Sequence record: OR805294.1
Strand: one strand, 5' to 3'
DNA length: 64,000 nucleotides
Made by a program: the position numbers and the translations under genes. Below are positions 29,449 to 39,655 of this stretch, piece after piece. The notes beneath the pieces are model-generated. The model did not search any database, was not told the DNA's origin, and saw only the letters and a list, made by a program, of their open reading frames with translations. Within the stretch, counting starts at the first letter, position 1, and each line of letters opens with the position of its first letter.

Positions 29449-30114
29449 ATGTTAATACAAAAATTCAATTATACTTTTTGCGATCGTGTAGATTCTCCGG
29501 CAGGTAGAAAATACAAAACACCAGACGGAAAATTATTGCCTTCTGTTACTACTATATTAGATTTTGTTACCGATAAGTCATTTCTAACTGATTGGCGTGA
29601 AAGGGAAGGTGAAGAAAACGCAGCTAAAATAACAGAGTCGTCTTCATACACAGGAACGCATTTGCACCAAAACTTAGAAAATTTTCTTAACGGTAGTTCC
29701 GAAATTAACGGAAATCCTATGGCTAAAATGATGTTTGGTTTAATTAAACAGAACGGACTGAAACATCTATCAGAAGCATGGGGTACTGAAGTCCCATTAT
29801 ATTATCCTGAATTATATGCAGGTACTACAGACTTAGTTGGTGTATATAAGGATAGAGAATCAATAATAGATTTTAAAAATGCAAGAAATGTTAGGAAAAA
29901 AGAATGGATTGAAAATTATTTTAAGCAATTAGTTGCATATGCAGAAGCTCACAACATCATGTATGGAACTAATATAACTACTGGTGTTATACTTATGGCA
30001 ACACAAACAGGAATGTTTCAGGAATTTATTATAGAAGCAGATGAATATTCTGAATATAAGAATATGTGGTTTGATGATGTTATGAGATATTATACTGAAG
30101 TAGTATTGGCATAA
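29449..30114 (+). CDS. PD-(D/E)xK exonuclease (RecB/YqaJ-like)
   Basis: LPSVTTIL, GTHLH, TEVPL, AGTTDL, IIDFK, QLVAYA. Confidence 0.85.
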   Translation: MLIQKFNYTFCDRVDSPAGRKYKTPDGKLLPSVTTILDFVTDKSFLTDWREREGEENAAKITESSSYTGTHLHQNLENFLNGSSEINGNPMAKMMFGLIKQNGLKHLSEAWGTEVPLYYPELYAGTTDLVGVYKDRESIIDFKNARNVRKKEWIENYFKQLVAYAEAHNIMYGTNITTGVILMATQTGMFQEFIIEADEYSEYKNMWFDDVMRYYTEVVLA

Positions 30115-30145
30115 ATATAATACAAAATAAAATGGAATTTTTAGC

Positions 30146-31345
30146 ATGGCCGATCCGTATTTAACACAAGATATAATAGTAGCACGAATAGAAAATAGAA
30201 GAGGTCGTCGTGTTAACTTGCCGCAACCACTAAGACCGGGAGAACTCGGTTGGTGTATGGATACTAAGCAATTATTTATTGGCGTGTCTGACGAAGATGC
30301 AGTAGCAGCCGTTGAATTGTTTAGGGGAGAACCTCTTGGATCCCAAGATTTAGTTAACCAAACGTTATTACACAATATTTTTACTTTTGTATCGGAGCCA
30401 ACTACATTAACTGATGCTGAAAAGCAAAATCTAGCAGAATTGGCTAAATTCCCGCAGCTATATTATGTTTCTGATACTAACAGAGAAAGCATTAATGAAT
30501 ACGAACGAAATATAGAGATTATTCGTAGTGTTAAGACGTCTGTACTCCAGTCAACAGGTAGCGCCTCTGATATTAGATATACATTGATGTATTCGTGGAC
30601 TATTGATTCCTCTGATCAGTATACGTTTAAATTTTTTGCAGGATGCCAACCGCCTGATTCGTTTAATCTGACAACTATAGCTAACAATTCGTATATTATA
30701 GATAATACTGTAAACTCTGCATACAATAACGGTATAGTAATGGACGCAGGGATATTATTTACTGATACTGTATACGAATCTGCTAGTTTAAGTGTATTAA
30801 TAAATGAATATATTACTGCAGACAGTGACAAAGCATATGTAACTACAAAACAAAACGTAGAAATACTAACAGAATACTTTAAAACTACTAGTAGTACAGA
30901 TGTAATAGTAAATAGTCCTATAACATACGAATTAGAGCCTTCTAATTCGTTTACTTTAGTAAAAACTATAGATATAATAAACGGCGGCAACTACGAAACT
31001 AGTCCAATGACGTTTGATGGTTCGGTATCTGATACATTTAATATAGATTATTCTATAAGTTTTGATGACATGCAAGGCCCAGTTATGGGCAGCGATGGCA
31101 GGTTTGTTCAAACCGGAACATTAAATATTATTTTATCTAAAGGATCAGAAACTGTAGTTGTTTCAGACACATCTGTTGAGCATAGATCTTCGGTGGGATA
31201 CGACGCTGATGTAGATTTTAGTGGAGAATATGTAGCACCTAACACAGTAAATATAACATACAGGCATAATTTTCCGTCGAGGGTACTTCTTAAATTAACT
31301 ACAAAGCGTTGGATTTCGTGGGATAACGAATCAGTTCAGAATTAA
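30146..31345 (+). CDS. Probable tail/baseplate structural protein
   Basis: N-terminal RPGELGW..DT..LFIG motif typical of tail appendage proteins, S/T-rich body, CATAAATA at 30110. Confidence 0.55.
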   Translation: MADPYLTQDIIVARIENRRGRRVNLPQPLRPGELGWCMDTKQLFIGVSDEDAVAAVELFRGEPLGSQDLVNQTLLHNIFTFVSEPTTLTDAEKQNLAELAKFPQLYYVSDTNRESINEYERNIEIIRSVKTSVLQSTGSASDIRYTLMYSWTIDSSDQYTFKFFAGCQPPDSFNLTTIANNSYIIDNTVNSAYNNGIVMDAGILFTDTVYESASLSVLINEYITADSDKAYVTTKQNVEILTEYFKTTSSTDVIVNSPITYELEPSNSFTLVKTIDIINGGNYETSPMTFDGSVSDTFNIDYSISFDDMQGPVMGSDGRFVQTGTLNIILSKGSETVVVSDTSVEHRSSVGYDADVDFSGEYVAPNTVNITYRHNFPSRVLLKLTTKRWISWDNESVQN

Positions 31346-31361
31346 CAAATAGAAATAATAA

Positions 31362-31796
31362 ATGACAGATTGGAATAATCTCCGGGCAGATAAACGGATT
31401 GCTGCCTGGAGACAGCATAGACTCTCCTTAAAAACTCTACCCATTAATCAAGCATTACTAGAAATTGCAAACTTTTTTGCAGATATGCCATTAGGACCTA
31501 GAACCATTGATTTTTATAATCCTAATACTTGGCCAGATCCGTGGGACATTCTTGCTGATATTAAATTTTGTGAAAATTCTATATCATTAATGATGTACTA
31601 CACTGTTATTTCTGTATTCCCTGATGCAAATATTAAAATGTATGTTATAGATGATACAGAACAAAGATTTATGGTACCTGTTGTAGATGGTATGGTATTA
31701 AATTATTATCCGAGAGATGTAATAGAATTAAATAATCTAACAAATATAACTGTAATAGACATTTACAGTAAAGAACACATAAGAGAACTAAACTAA
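31362..31796 (+). CDS. Conserved hypothetical protein
   Basis: 144-aa ORF with WPDPW motif. Confidence 0.6.
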   Translation: MTDWNNLRADKRIAAWRQHRLSLKTLPINQALLEIANFFADMPLGPRTIDFYNPNTWPDPWDILADIKFCENSISLMMYYTVISVFPDANIKMYVIDDTEQRFMVPVVDGMVLNYYPRDVIELNNLTNITVIDIYSKEHIRELN

Positions 31797-31804
31797 GGAA
31801 ATAT

Positions 31805-34090
31805 ATGAAAGGGATTTTTGTTATTAAACGTGACGGTACCAAAGAAGAATTTGATCCAGAAAAAATTCATAAAATTTTATATTGGGCAACCGAGGGTCTA
31901 ACAGGTGTATCTGTGTCTCATTTAGAAATGAAGGCACAATTGCAATTATACCCCGGCATCACAACTGATACTATTCATGAAATTTTAATTGCTGCTGCAC
32001 ATGAATTAATTTCTGAAGAAAGTCCTAATTACCAATGGGTTGCAGCAAGGCTTCGACTGTTTCAAATTAGAAAAGAAGCATTAGGTCAGTATGATACCAT
32101 TCCTGTTTATGATTTAGTACAAAGAAATATCAAATTAGGATATTATACAAAAGAGCTGTTAGATTGGTATACAAAGGAAGAATGGGATCATTTCGATAAT
32201 GTAATAGATCATTCGAGGGATTTTAACCATGCCTATGCAGGTATGGAACAATTTCGTGGAAAATATTTAGTTCAAGATAGAGTTACTAAGAAAGTATTTG
32301 AAACCCCTCAATACCTAAATCTTTTAGTTGCAGCAACTATGTTCCATAAATATACAGGAAAAGAACGAGTTGCTATAGTAAAAGAATGTTATGATTTATT
32401 AAGTACTGGTGTAATTTCCTTGCCAACACCTATTATGGCAGGTCTTAGAACCTCTGTAAAACAATTTAGTTCATGTGTATTAATCGAAACTGATGATAGC
32501 TTAGATTCCATAAATGCTACAACTAGTTCTATTGTTAAATATATTAGTCAAAAGGCAGGGATAGGCATACACGGCGGTCATATACGTGCATTAGGGGCAA
32601 AGATAAGAAATGGTGATACAAAACATACTGGCGTAACTCCGTTTTATAGAATGTTCCAGGCTGCTGTTAAATCTTGTTCTCAAGGCGGCGTACGAGGCGG
32701 CGCCGCTACACTTTCTGCTCCCTACTGGCATCTAGAAATTGAAACAATTCTTAATCTTAAAAATAATAAAGGAACTGAAGAGAATTCGGTCAGACACATG
32801 GATTATTGCATACTGTTTAACAGATTTGCATATTCTAGATTGTTAGAAAATGGTAATATAACATTATTCAGTCCGAACGAAGTGCCTGATTTACAAAAAG
32901 CGTTTTATGATGATCAAAAAGAATTTGAACGTCTTTATGTAAAATACGAAAATACTAAGGGAATTATTAAGCATACTATTAGTGCTGAAGAACTATTTGA
33001 TAAGTTTATAACAGAACGAAAAGAAACTGGCCGTATATATTTAATGAATATTGATCATGCAAATGATCATGGTGCATTTATTCCCGAATTTGCACCGATT
33101 AAAATGACAAATTTGTGTACCGAAATTACACTTGCAACTAAACCTCTTAAACATGTATATGATGAAGAAGGTGAAATAGCGTTATGTACACTTGCAGCAA
33201 TTAATTTAGGTTTAGTTAAGAAAAAAGAAGATTTGCAACGACCTGCCGAAATATTAGTGAGAGGTTTAAACGAGTTACTAGATTATCAAAATTATCCGAT
33301 TCCTGCCGCAAAAAATTCTACACTTAAATATCGTCCGTTGGGAATAGGAGTTATTAATCTTGCATATTGGTTAGCTAAAAATAATTTCAAATATACTGAT
33401 AACAGCGGATTAGAAGCATGGGATGAGTTAATGGAAGCATTCCAGTATTATTTAATTAAAGCTAGTTCGGATATAGCAAAAGAAAAAAATGCTACAATAC
33501 CGGGATGGGATAATATAAAATATAGCAGGAATATTTTCCCTATAGATACTTATAAAACAAGTGTAGACCAATTAGTTAAAAATGTACAAAGAATGCCATG
33601 GGATGAACTGAGAGAACAAGTAGCACAATATGGCATGTATAATAGTAATTTATCTAGTTTTATGCCATCGGAGACATCTGCGCAAATAAGTAATGCAACT
33701 AATGGCATAGAACCGCCCAGAGCATTTATTAGTGTAAAAGGATCGGGCGAAGGTAGACTTAAGCAAGTGGTACCTGGATTCCCTAAACTAAAGAATAGAT
33801 ACGAACTGTTATGGGATATGAAGAGTTGTACTGGTTATTTAAATCTAGTAGCAGTTGCACAGAAATATCTAGATCAGGCAATTTCTACAAATACATTTTA
33901 TAATCCAGAACACTACGAGAATGATGAAATTCCGAAATCAGTAATGATCAAAGATCTGCTATATGCATATAAAATGGGTTTAAAAACACTTTATTACCAT
34001 AATACATACGATGGTCAAACAGACGACGTAGAGGCTGATATTTCATCTGCTATTGCTGACGAAGAAGATTGCGATTCTTGCAAAATATAA
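31805..34090 (+). CDS. nrdA: Ribonucleotide reductase class Ia alpha subunit
   Basis: ATP cone VIKRDG, QFSSC, TNLCTEI, CTL, C-terminal CDSC. Confidence 0.97.
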   Translation: MKGIFVIKRDGTKEEFDPEKIHKILYWATEGLTGVSVSHLEMKAQLQLYPGITTDTIHEILIAAAHELISEESPNYQWVAARLRLFQIRKEALGQYDTIPVYDLVQRNIKLGYYTKELLDWYTKEEWDHFDNVIDHSRDFNHAYAGMEQFRGKYLVQDRVTKKVFETPQYLNLLVAATMFHKYTGKERVAIVKECYDLLSTGVISLPTPIMAGLRTSVKQFSSCVLIETDDSLDSINATTSSIVKYISQKAGIGIHGGHIRALGAKIRNGDTKHTGVTPFYRMFQAAVKSCSQGGVRGGAATLSAPYWHLEIETILNLKNNKGTEENSVRHMDYCILFNRFAYSRLLENGNITLFSPNEVPDLQKAFYDDQKEFERLYVKYENTKGIIKHTISAEELFDKFITERKETGRIYLMNIDHANDHGAFIPEFAPIKMTNLCTEITLATKPLKHVYDEEGEIALCTLAAINLGLVKKKEDLQRPAEILVRGLNELLDYQNYPIPAAKNSTLKYRPLGIGVINLAYWLAKNNFKYTDNSGLEAWDELMEAFQYYLIKASSDIAKEKNATIPGWDNIKYSRNIFPIDTYKTSVDQLVKNVQRMPWDELREQVAQYGMYNSNLSSFMPSETSAQISNATNGIEPPRAFISVKGSGEGRLKQVVPGFPKLKNRYELLWDMKSCTGYLNLVAVAQKYLDQAISTNTFYNPEHYENDEIPKSVMIKDLLYAYKMGLKTLYYHNTYDGQTDDVEADISSAIADEEDCDSCKI

Positions 34091-34095
34091 TATAA

Positions 34096-34116
34096 AAAGG
34101 GAACATTGTTCCCTTT
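34096..34116 (+). terminator. Inverted repeat between nrdA and nrdB
   Basis: AAAGGGAACA-T-TGTTCCCTTT. Confidence 0.5.
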
Positions 34117-34143
34117 ATTACACACAATATAAGGATAACATAC

Positions 34144-35283
34144 ATGAAATTTAAAACATTTGAACCAGAACAGTTTGATGCTACTAAAGAAGCTATGTTC
34201 TTCGGTCGGCCAATAAACGTATCTAGGTTTGATAGACAAAAATATTCATTTTTCGAAAAGCAAACTAGAAAACAGATAGGTTTCTTCTGGGTACCAGAAG
34301 AAATAGCAATGGATCAAGATAAAGATGATTTTCATCGCAAATTAGACGCAGCCGGCAAACATATTTTTACATCAAATCTCAGTTATCAGATTTTACTAGA
34401 TTCTGTTCAGGGTAGAGCACCTAATATTGCACTTACTCCGTTTGTGTCTATTCCGGAATTAGAAGGATTTATTCTTGCATGGACTTTTATGGAAAGTATA
34501 CATTCGAGAAGTTATTCTCACTTAATTAGGAATGTGTACCATGATCCAAAAGATGTGTTAGATAATGTAGTAAAAATAGAACCTATCGTCGAACGTGCCA
34601 GCGCAGTTACAAAATACTATGACGAGTTTATAGAATATGGTAATTGGTACAATATGCTAGGATATGGTAACCATATTGTAAACGGTAAAGAAATAGATAT
34701 AAATCCGAAAAAACTAATGACATTATTCTATAAAATGATGGTAGCCATAAACATACTAGAAGGTGTCAGATTTTATGTTTCGTTTGCATGTACATGGGCA
34801 TATAGTGAATCGTTAAAATTAATGAATAAATCTGCAAAAATAATTAAAATGATTTGCAGAGACGAAAACGTACACTTGGCAGTTACTACTACTATTCTTA
34901 AAAAGTTTGCAGATGGCTCAGAAGGCGAAGCATGGAAACAAATTGCAGAAAATTGCAAAGATGAAGTTTATGCTATGTATGAAGAAGCCGTTCAACAAGA
35001 ACGTGAATGGGCAGATTATTTGTTTAAAGACGGTTCTATCGTAGGTTTATCATCTGCCATACTAAAACAGTATGTTGAGTTTATTGCAGATAGACGTTTG
35101 CATGCATTAGGTATGCAAAAAATATACAAACATGCTAGTAATCCGCTTCCGTGGACAGAGCATTGGATTGGTTCTAAAACAACCCAAGTAGCGCCGCAAG
35201 AAGAGGAAATTACTTCGTATACTCAGGGCGGAGTAAAAAATGATATTTCTGAAATTTATAATACAGGATTTAGTTTAGACTAA
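34144..35283 (+). CDS. nrdB: Ribonucleotide reductase class Ia beta subunit
   Basis: LLDSVQGR, MESIHSRSY, LEGVRFYVSF, RDENVH. Confidence 0.97.
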   Translation: MKFKTFEPEQFDATKEAMFFGRPINVSRFDRQKYSFFEKQTRKQIGFFWVPEEIAMDQDKDDFHRKLDAAGKHIFTSNLSYQILLDSVQGRAPNIALTPFVSIPELEGFILAWTFMESIHSRSYSHLIRNVYHDPKDVLDNVVKIEPIVERASAVTKYYDEFIEYGNWYNMLGYGNHIVNGKEIDINPKKLMTLFYKMMVAINILEGVRFYVSFACTWAYSESLKLMNKSAKIIKMICRDENVHLAVTTTILKKFADGSEGEAWKQIAENCKDEVYAMYEEAVQQEREWADYLFKDGSIVGLSSAILKQYVEFIADRRLHALGMQKIYKHASNPLPWTEHWIGSKTTQVAPQEEEITSYTQGGVKNDISEIYNTGFSLD

Positions 35284-35307
35284 ATAAATTAAAATACAGG
35301 AGTTCAT

Positions 35308-36330
35308 ATGCCAGAAGCAGTAAGATTAGGAGATATATGTAGCGGTCATCAAATTGGATATCCGCCGCGCCCGAATGTTCAGGGTAGTCCTAACGTATTC
35401 GTGAATAATTTGCCAGAACACCGAGTAACAGATAAGTGGGATGTGCATTGCAGTCCCGCCGGGTCCTGTCACAATAGTACGATGGCAGTAGGATCTCCTA
35501 ACGTATGGGTAAATAATCTTCCTGCTGCTAGGCTAGGCGATTTAGTCGGTTGTACTTCGTTGGCAGCTCAGGGTAGTCCTAACGTTTTTATTAATAACGG
35601 CAACACTGATCCTATAATAGTAGATGATGTAATATTACCTAAAGACCAGAATGAATATATCAACGCAGTAGGAATTCTTCCTTGCGGTCCTTTAGATTAT
35701 CAGGAAGGCGATCCTATTGCAGATGAATATGAAACAAATTCGGGGGGAGGACATTATCCTCCCCTACCCCAAACAACACCACCGCCGCCCATATCTAAAC
35801 CTCCTGTAGATGAAAATAATAATATTCCCCCGGCGCGTCCGCCGATACCCACAGAATGTCCGGTCATAACAGGTAGCATAGATTATTCTATTAGATTAAG
35901 TCCTAATTTTACAATAGGGGATTTATCTATAAAAGCCACATTTCCTCATGCTATAAAAGCACAACGTGGTCTAACTGTAAATGAAATAGTATGTAATCTT
36001 AAAAGTTTAGCAGAGCATTGCTTAGAACCTATTATAGCACAATATCCGGGAGCTAGAATAAATTCCGGTTTCAGGAATGTACAAAACGGTAAGTCTGATC
36101 ACGAAAAGGGTTTTGCTGCCGATTTACAATGGCCAGGAAAGTCGTATGATCAATTATGGCAAATGGTTTTGTGGGTAAAAGATAATGTCCCGTACAAACA
36201 ACTTATATGGGAGCATGGCAACATGCCTTGGATACACATCGCATACGCAAGGACCGGCGAAACGTCTGCTACTAGGGTAATGACTATGTATCAGAATCAA
36301 TATAGTCCCGGATTAAAGAAAATGCGTTAA
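35308..36330 (+). CDS. PAAR (gp5.4-like) spike-tip protein fused to a peptidase M15 domain
   Basis: AVRLGD...GSPNVFVN...PAARLGD repeats, Pro-rich linker, then LSPNF...SGFR...SDH...AAD...WIH. Confidence 0.85.
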   Translation: MPEAVRLGDICSGHQIGYPPRPNVQGSPNVFVNNLPEHRVTDKWDVHCSPAGSCHNSTMAVGSPNVWVNNLPAARLGDLVGCTSLAAQGSPNVFINNGNTDPIIVDDVILPKDQNEYINAVGILPCGPLDYQEGDPIADEYETNSGGGHYPPLPQTTPPPPISKPPVDENNNIPPARPPIPTECPVITGSIDYSIRLSPNFTIGDLSIKATFPHAIKAQRGLTVNEIVCNLKSLAEHCLEPIIAQYPGARINSGFRNVQNGKSDHEKGFAADLQWPGKSYDQLWQMVLWVKDNVPYKQLIWEHGNMPWIHIAYARTGETSATRVMTMYQNQYSPGLKKMR

Positions 36331-36370
36331 CTAAATACATTAACTAGACACAAACACACAAGGAGAAAAA

Positions 36371-36595
36371 ATGTCTGCTAGTAAAACACCGTACGAAATT
36401 AGACTTAATATTTTAGAACTTGCTTATAAAATCGTAAGAGATAAAAAACAAGCAGATTATATAAGTAAAAGCATACATTCGTCTGGAAGTGTTGTCATAA
36501 CAGAATGTATAGACATTTCGGCAGATGAAGTAATAGAAGTAGCAAAAAAGCTTAATTCGTTTATTTCTACGTCTGAAAAGAGACTAAATGGTTAA
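36371..36595 (+). CDS. Small conserved hypothetical protein
   Basis: SD AGGAG, TPYEIRL motif. Confidence 0.65.
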   Translation: MSASKTPYEIRLNILELAYKIVRDKKQADYISKSIHSSGSVVITECIDISADEVIEVAKKLNSFISTSEKRLNG

Positions 36596-36803
36596 AATCC
36601 AAATACCTATACTAGATGAAAATAAACGCGACATGATGTTGTGGTGTTCTGAGAACGTTAGTCCTGCAGATTATTATATCATGTCGTCGTATGATAGTGA
36701 AAATTACAGAATATGTATTACTTTTGCGTTCTTTGAAGAAAGTGATGCACTTATGTTTATGTTATACTTTTCTATCCCTGACAGTAATATTTATAGACAT
36801 TGA
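36588..36803 (+). CDS. Small protein of the WCxEN paralogue family
   Basis: WCSEN...FAFFEESDALMFML. Confidence 0.6.
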   Translation: MVKIQIPILDENKRDMMLWCSENVSPADYYIMSSYDSENYRICITFAFFEESDALMFMLYFSIPDSNIYRH

Positions 36804-36828
36804 CTTGCTACTACAACAGTTGTATAAT
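36800..36828 (+). promoter_or_regulatory. Sigma70 promoter
   Basis: TTGACT-17 bp-TATAAT. Confidence 0.85.
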
Positions 36829-36860
36829 GTAACTATATTAGTACAACTGGATGAATAAAC

Positions 36861-37622
36861 ATGAACTTAGCACACTGTACTTCAGGCTATTCGAAAATGC
36901 TAGTTATTAGTGATATTCATTCGGCAGCTGACAAACTAAAACAAGCGTTAGACTATGCAACTAAACATGACATGTTTGTTGTATTTCTCGGCGATTTAGT
37001 CGACGGTGTAGTTAATGCAAAACCTATGGAAACTCTATTAATGGTAAAATCGGTAATAGAGAATAACTGCGGTGCATTAATTATAGGAAATCATGATGAC
37101 AAATTCTATCGCTGGGCGCAAGGTAACGAAGTTGTGTTGGGTAACCAACAGCAATCTACGTTAGAAAGCATAGGCGATTATTTAATTTCTGAATTTTCCG
37201 ACTGCATAACAGACATTATAACCAATTGCAATGCATACTACTATGCATATTTAAACAATTGGTTATTTGCTCACGGTGCAGTAGCAGAATCCATGTGGGA
37301 TTATCCTGTAGCAGTATCAAAGTATGAGAGGTATATGTTACTGTACGGTCAAACCAATGGTCAACGTGATAATACAGGCTTTCCCGTTAGACTTTATAGT
37401 TGGACGGATTATGTCCCTTCAGGTAAATGGTGTATAGTAGGACACGATAGAGCACCTTTTCACGGAAAGAAAATAACACACCCCGTAATACATGTAAACA
37501 ATAATAAAGGTAGGACTATCTTTATGGACACGTCGTGCGGGAAAATACCGGAAGGTAAGCTTAGTTGTGCAATATTGGATATACAATCTGTTATTAGATT
37601 AGAGAAATTTATAGCAATATGA
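36861..37622 (+). CDS. Metallophosphoesterase resembling the Pnkp 3'-phosphatase domain
   Basis: SDIH, GDLVD, GNHD, AHG, LYGQT.G..D..GFPVR, VGH, MDTSC. Confidence 0.8.
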   Translation: MNLAHCTSGYSKMLVISDIHSAADKLKQALDYATKHDMFVVFLGDLVDGVVNAKPMETLLMVKSVIENNCGALIIGNHDDKFYRWAQGNEVVLGNQQQSTLESIGDYLISEFSDCITDIITNCNAYYYAYLNNWLFAHGAVAESMWDYPVAVSKYERYMLLYGQTNGQRDNTGFPVRLYSWTDYVPSGKWCIVGHDRAPFHGKKITHPVIHVNNNKGRTIFMDTSCGKIPEGKLSCAILDIQSVIRLEKFIAI

Positions 37623-37987
37623 AATACTTGGCTGTAGTTGGCAGTAGAGGGTACATAGATTCTGACTTTATATTCTTGGTATTGGATGCACTTTTTACAG
37701 AATATATGTACGAAGGTATAGTATCGGGCGGATGTAAAAATAGTCCCGATGAAATAGCTGCTATATACGCAAACTTAAATAATATACCATTACTAGAAAT
37801 AAAACCAGACTGGAAACAATACGGTAAATCTGCAGGTTTCAAAAGAAATGTAGAAATATGGGATAACGCACATTCTGGTGTTGCATTCTGGGATGGAGTC
37901 AGTAAAGGAACAAAACACAGCTTCTATATAGCTAAAAGTCAAAATAAAGATATAATAATTTTTAAAGGAAAGGAGTTGTATGAATGA
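37619..37987 (+). CDS. SLOG/YspA-like (DUF2493-type) protein
   Basis: VVGSR, VSGG, AGFKRN, FWDG.SKGT. Confidence 0.75.
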   Translation: MKYLAVVGSRGYIDSDFIFLVLDALFTEYMYEGIVSGGCKNSPDEIAAIYANLNNIPLLEIKPDWKQYGKSAGFKRNVEIWDNAHSGVAFWDGVSKGTKHSFYIAKSQNKDIIIFKGKELYE

Positions 37988-38300
37988 TAGTTTTATGTTC
38001 TATGGCCAAATAATTAATTTTGTTGTTTTTGCCATAGTGGTTATTGTATCGTTTATTAAGATGATTTATATTATAGCTGACGATGAAACTGAAGACACTT
38101 TATCTGAAAAAATAAACAAACATCTGTTCGATTGGTTTTGGTTAGCAATAGGACAATTTTTATTCTGTTTTATTCCGTTATTATACACTGCATTCTGGGC
38201 AATTATTGTATTACAACACGTATTGGTTTTTATAACAAAACAAATAATAAATTCGAACTATATTCGAAAATACAGAACATTTAACAAACTTAAAAAATAA
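37980..38300 (+). CDS. Small membrane protein
   Basis: Two to three hydrophobic segments. Confidence 0.55.
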   Translation: MNDSFMFYGQIINFVVFAIVVIVSFIKMIYIIADDETEDTLSEKINKHLFDWFWLAIGQFLFCFIPLLYTAFWAIIVLQHVLVFITKQIINSNYIRKYRTFNKLKK

Positions 38301-39196
38301 TGAATAATTACGATCCGCAATATTTAAACATAATTAAAACTATTTTAGATACAGGTATAGATAGGGATGATAGGACCGGAATAGGATCCAGGGCCATTTG
38401 GGGTGCAAATATGCACATAAACTTAACAGAAGGATTTCCTATTCAAACTTCACGACGTGCATCATTAAGAATTGCATTCGAAGAACTTATGTGGATGCTA
38501 AGAGGGCAAGTAGATTCTACAATTTTAAAAAATAAAAACATTAACATCTGGGAAGGAAATACTACTAGAGAATTTTTAGATAGTAGAAAATTAAATTATT
38601 TGCCAGTAGGCCATATCGGCAAAGGATATGGATTCCAGATGAGAAATTTTGGAGGTCATTATTCTACTGTAAACGGAATCACAGATTACAGTAAACTTGA
38701 CAATACTGGCATAGATCAGATAAAAAATTTAATAGAATCTTTAACTAAGGATCCACACTCTAGAAGACACATTGTTTTACACTGGAATCCTACCCAATTA
38801 GATGATGCTGCCTTACCTAGTTGTCATTTATATCATCAGTACCAAATTCTTGATGGAAAATTAAATAGTAGTTTTGTTGCAAGAAGTCAAGATATATGCT
38901 TCGGCACACCCACTAATATAATGTTTTATTCTCTATTAAATCATTTTATAGCAAATGTACTCGGAATAGAACCGGGGATATTATACTATTCTGGAATGGA
39001 TGTCCATATTTACAACAACCAAATGGACATGGCAAAAGAATTAATAACCAGGACCTGGCATGACTTACCTAAGCTTATAATTAAAAAGGATTTAAAGACT
39101 TTAGATGATATATTGTCACTTGAATTCGAAGATATAGAACTAGAAAATTACAAATGTAATCCAGATGTTTCTAATAAACCTAGGATGGCTATATAA
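38300..39196 (+). CDS. thyA: Thymidylate synthase
   Basis: EELMW, SRR, LPSCH, RSQD, PTN (Asn, dUMP-type), HIY. Confidence 0.95.
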   Translation: MNNYDPQYLNIIKTILDTGIDRDDRTGIGSRAIWGANMHINLTEGFPIQTSRRASLRIAFEELMWMLRGQVDSTILKNKNINIWEGNTTREFLDSRKLNYLPVGHIGKGYGFQMRNFGGHYSTVNGITDYSKLDNTGIDQIKNLIESLTKDPHSRRHIVLHWNPTQLDDAALPSCHLYHQYQILDGKLNSSFVARSQDICFGTPTNIMFYSLLNHFIANVLGIEPGILYYSGMDVHIYNNQMDMAKELITRTWHDLPKLIIKKDLKTLDDILSLEFEDIELENYKCNPDVSNKPRMAI

Positions 39197-39507
39197 TGAA
39201 AACTCCGATCAATGTAACATACGATATAGTTGATGTAGTGGAAATTTTAAAAAAAGTAGAGCAATTATTATCTACGCCAGATATTGTAGACATTTTAGAA
39301 AAAGAAAATATAATGGATAAATTAAAAGGCGAAGATCATGTATATACATCTGAGTCTTTGCTAAGTATGCTAACTGCTATGTGTGCTCGCATAAATGAAA
39401 TTCAAACAGATATATCATTGATAAAAAATACAGTTAATTCTATTAAAGATGCAATTGTATCAATGCCTAAAACAACCCCGTTGCCTCATATTCCGCATTT
39501 ATTTTAA
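39196..39507 (+). CDS. Hypothetical protein
   Basis: 103-aa ORF. Confidence 0.55.
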   Translation: MKTPINVTYDIVDVVEILKKVEQLLSTPDIVDILEKENIMDKLKGEDHVYTSESLLSMLTAMCARINEIQTDISLIKNTVNSIKDAIVSMPKTTPLPHIPHLF

Positions 39508-39556
39508 CTATGTAGTTAATGTTGTTAAAACGTATCTAAATATCTTTGTCATTAGG

Positions 39557-39585
39557 TTGACACGGAAGAAAACGTATAGTATACT
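39557..39585 (+). promoter_or_regulatory. Sigma70 promoter of folE operon
   Basis: TTGACA-17 bp-TATACT. Confidence 0.85.
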
Positions 39586-39655
39586 ATACAAATAATTAAA
39601 GCAAAGTGCAGGCGGCACTTTGCTTATCAAACTAAAATGATTTCAGGAGGAAATC

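Noticed and set aside
29449-30114. Cas4/CRISPR association of the PD-(D/E)xK exonuclease
   Set aside because: No Fe-S cysteine cluster, no other cas genes and no repeat-spacer array seen in the window
38300-39196. dCMP hydroxymethylase (modified-base pathway) instead of ThyA
   Set aside because: The specificity residue is Asn (PTNI), as in dUMP-specific thymidylate synthases
39586-39655. preQ1 riboswitch upstream of folE/queD
   Set aside because: Lacks the preQ1-I loop and A-rich tail consensus; only a simple hairpin is present
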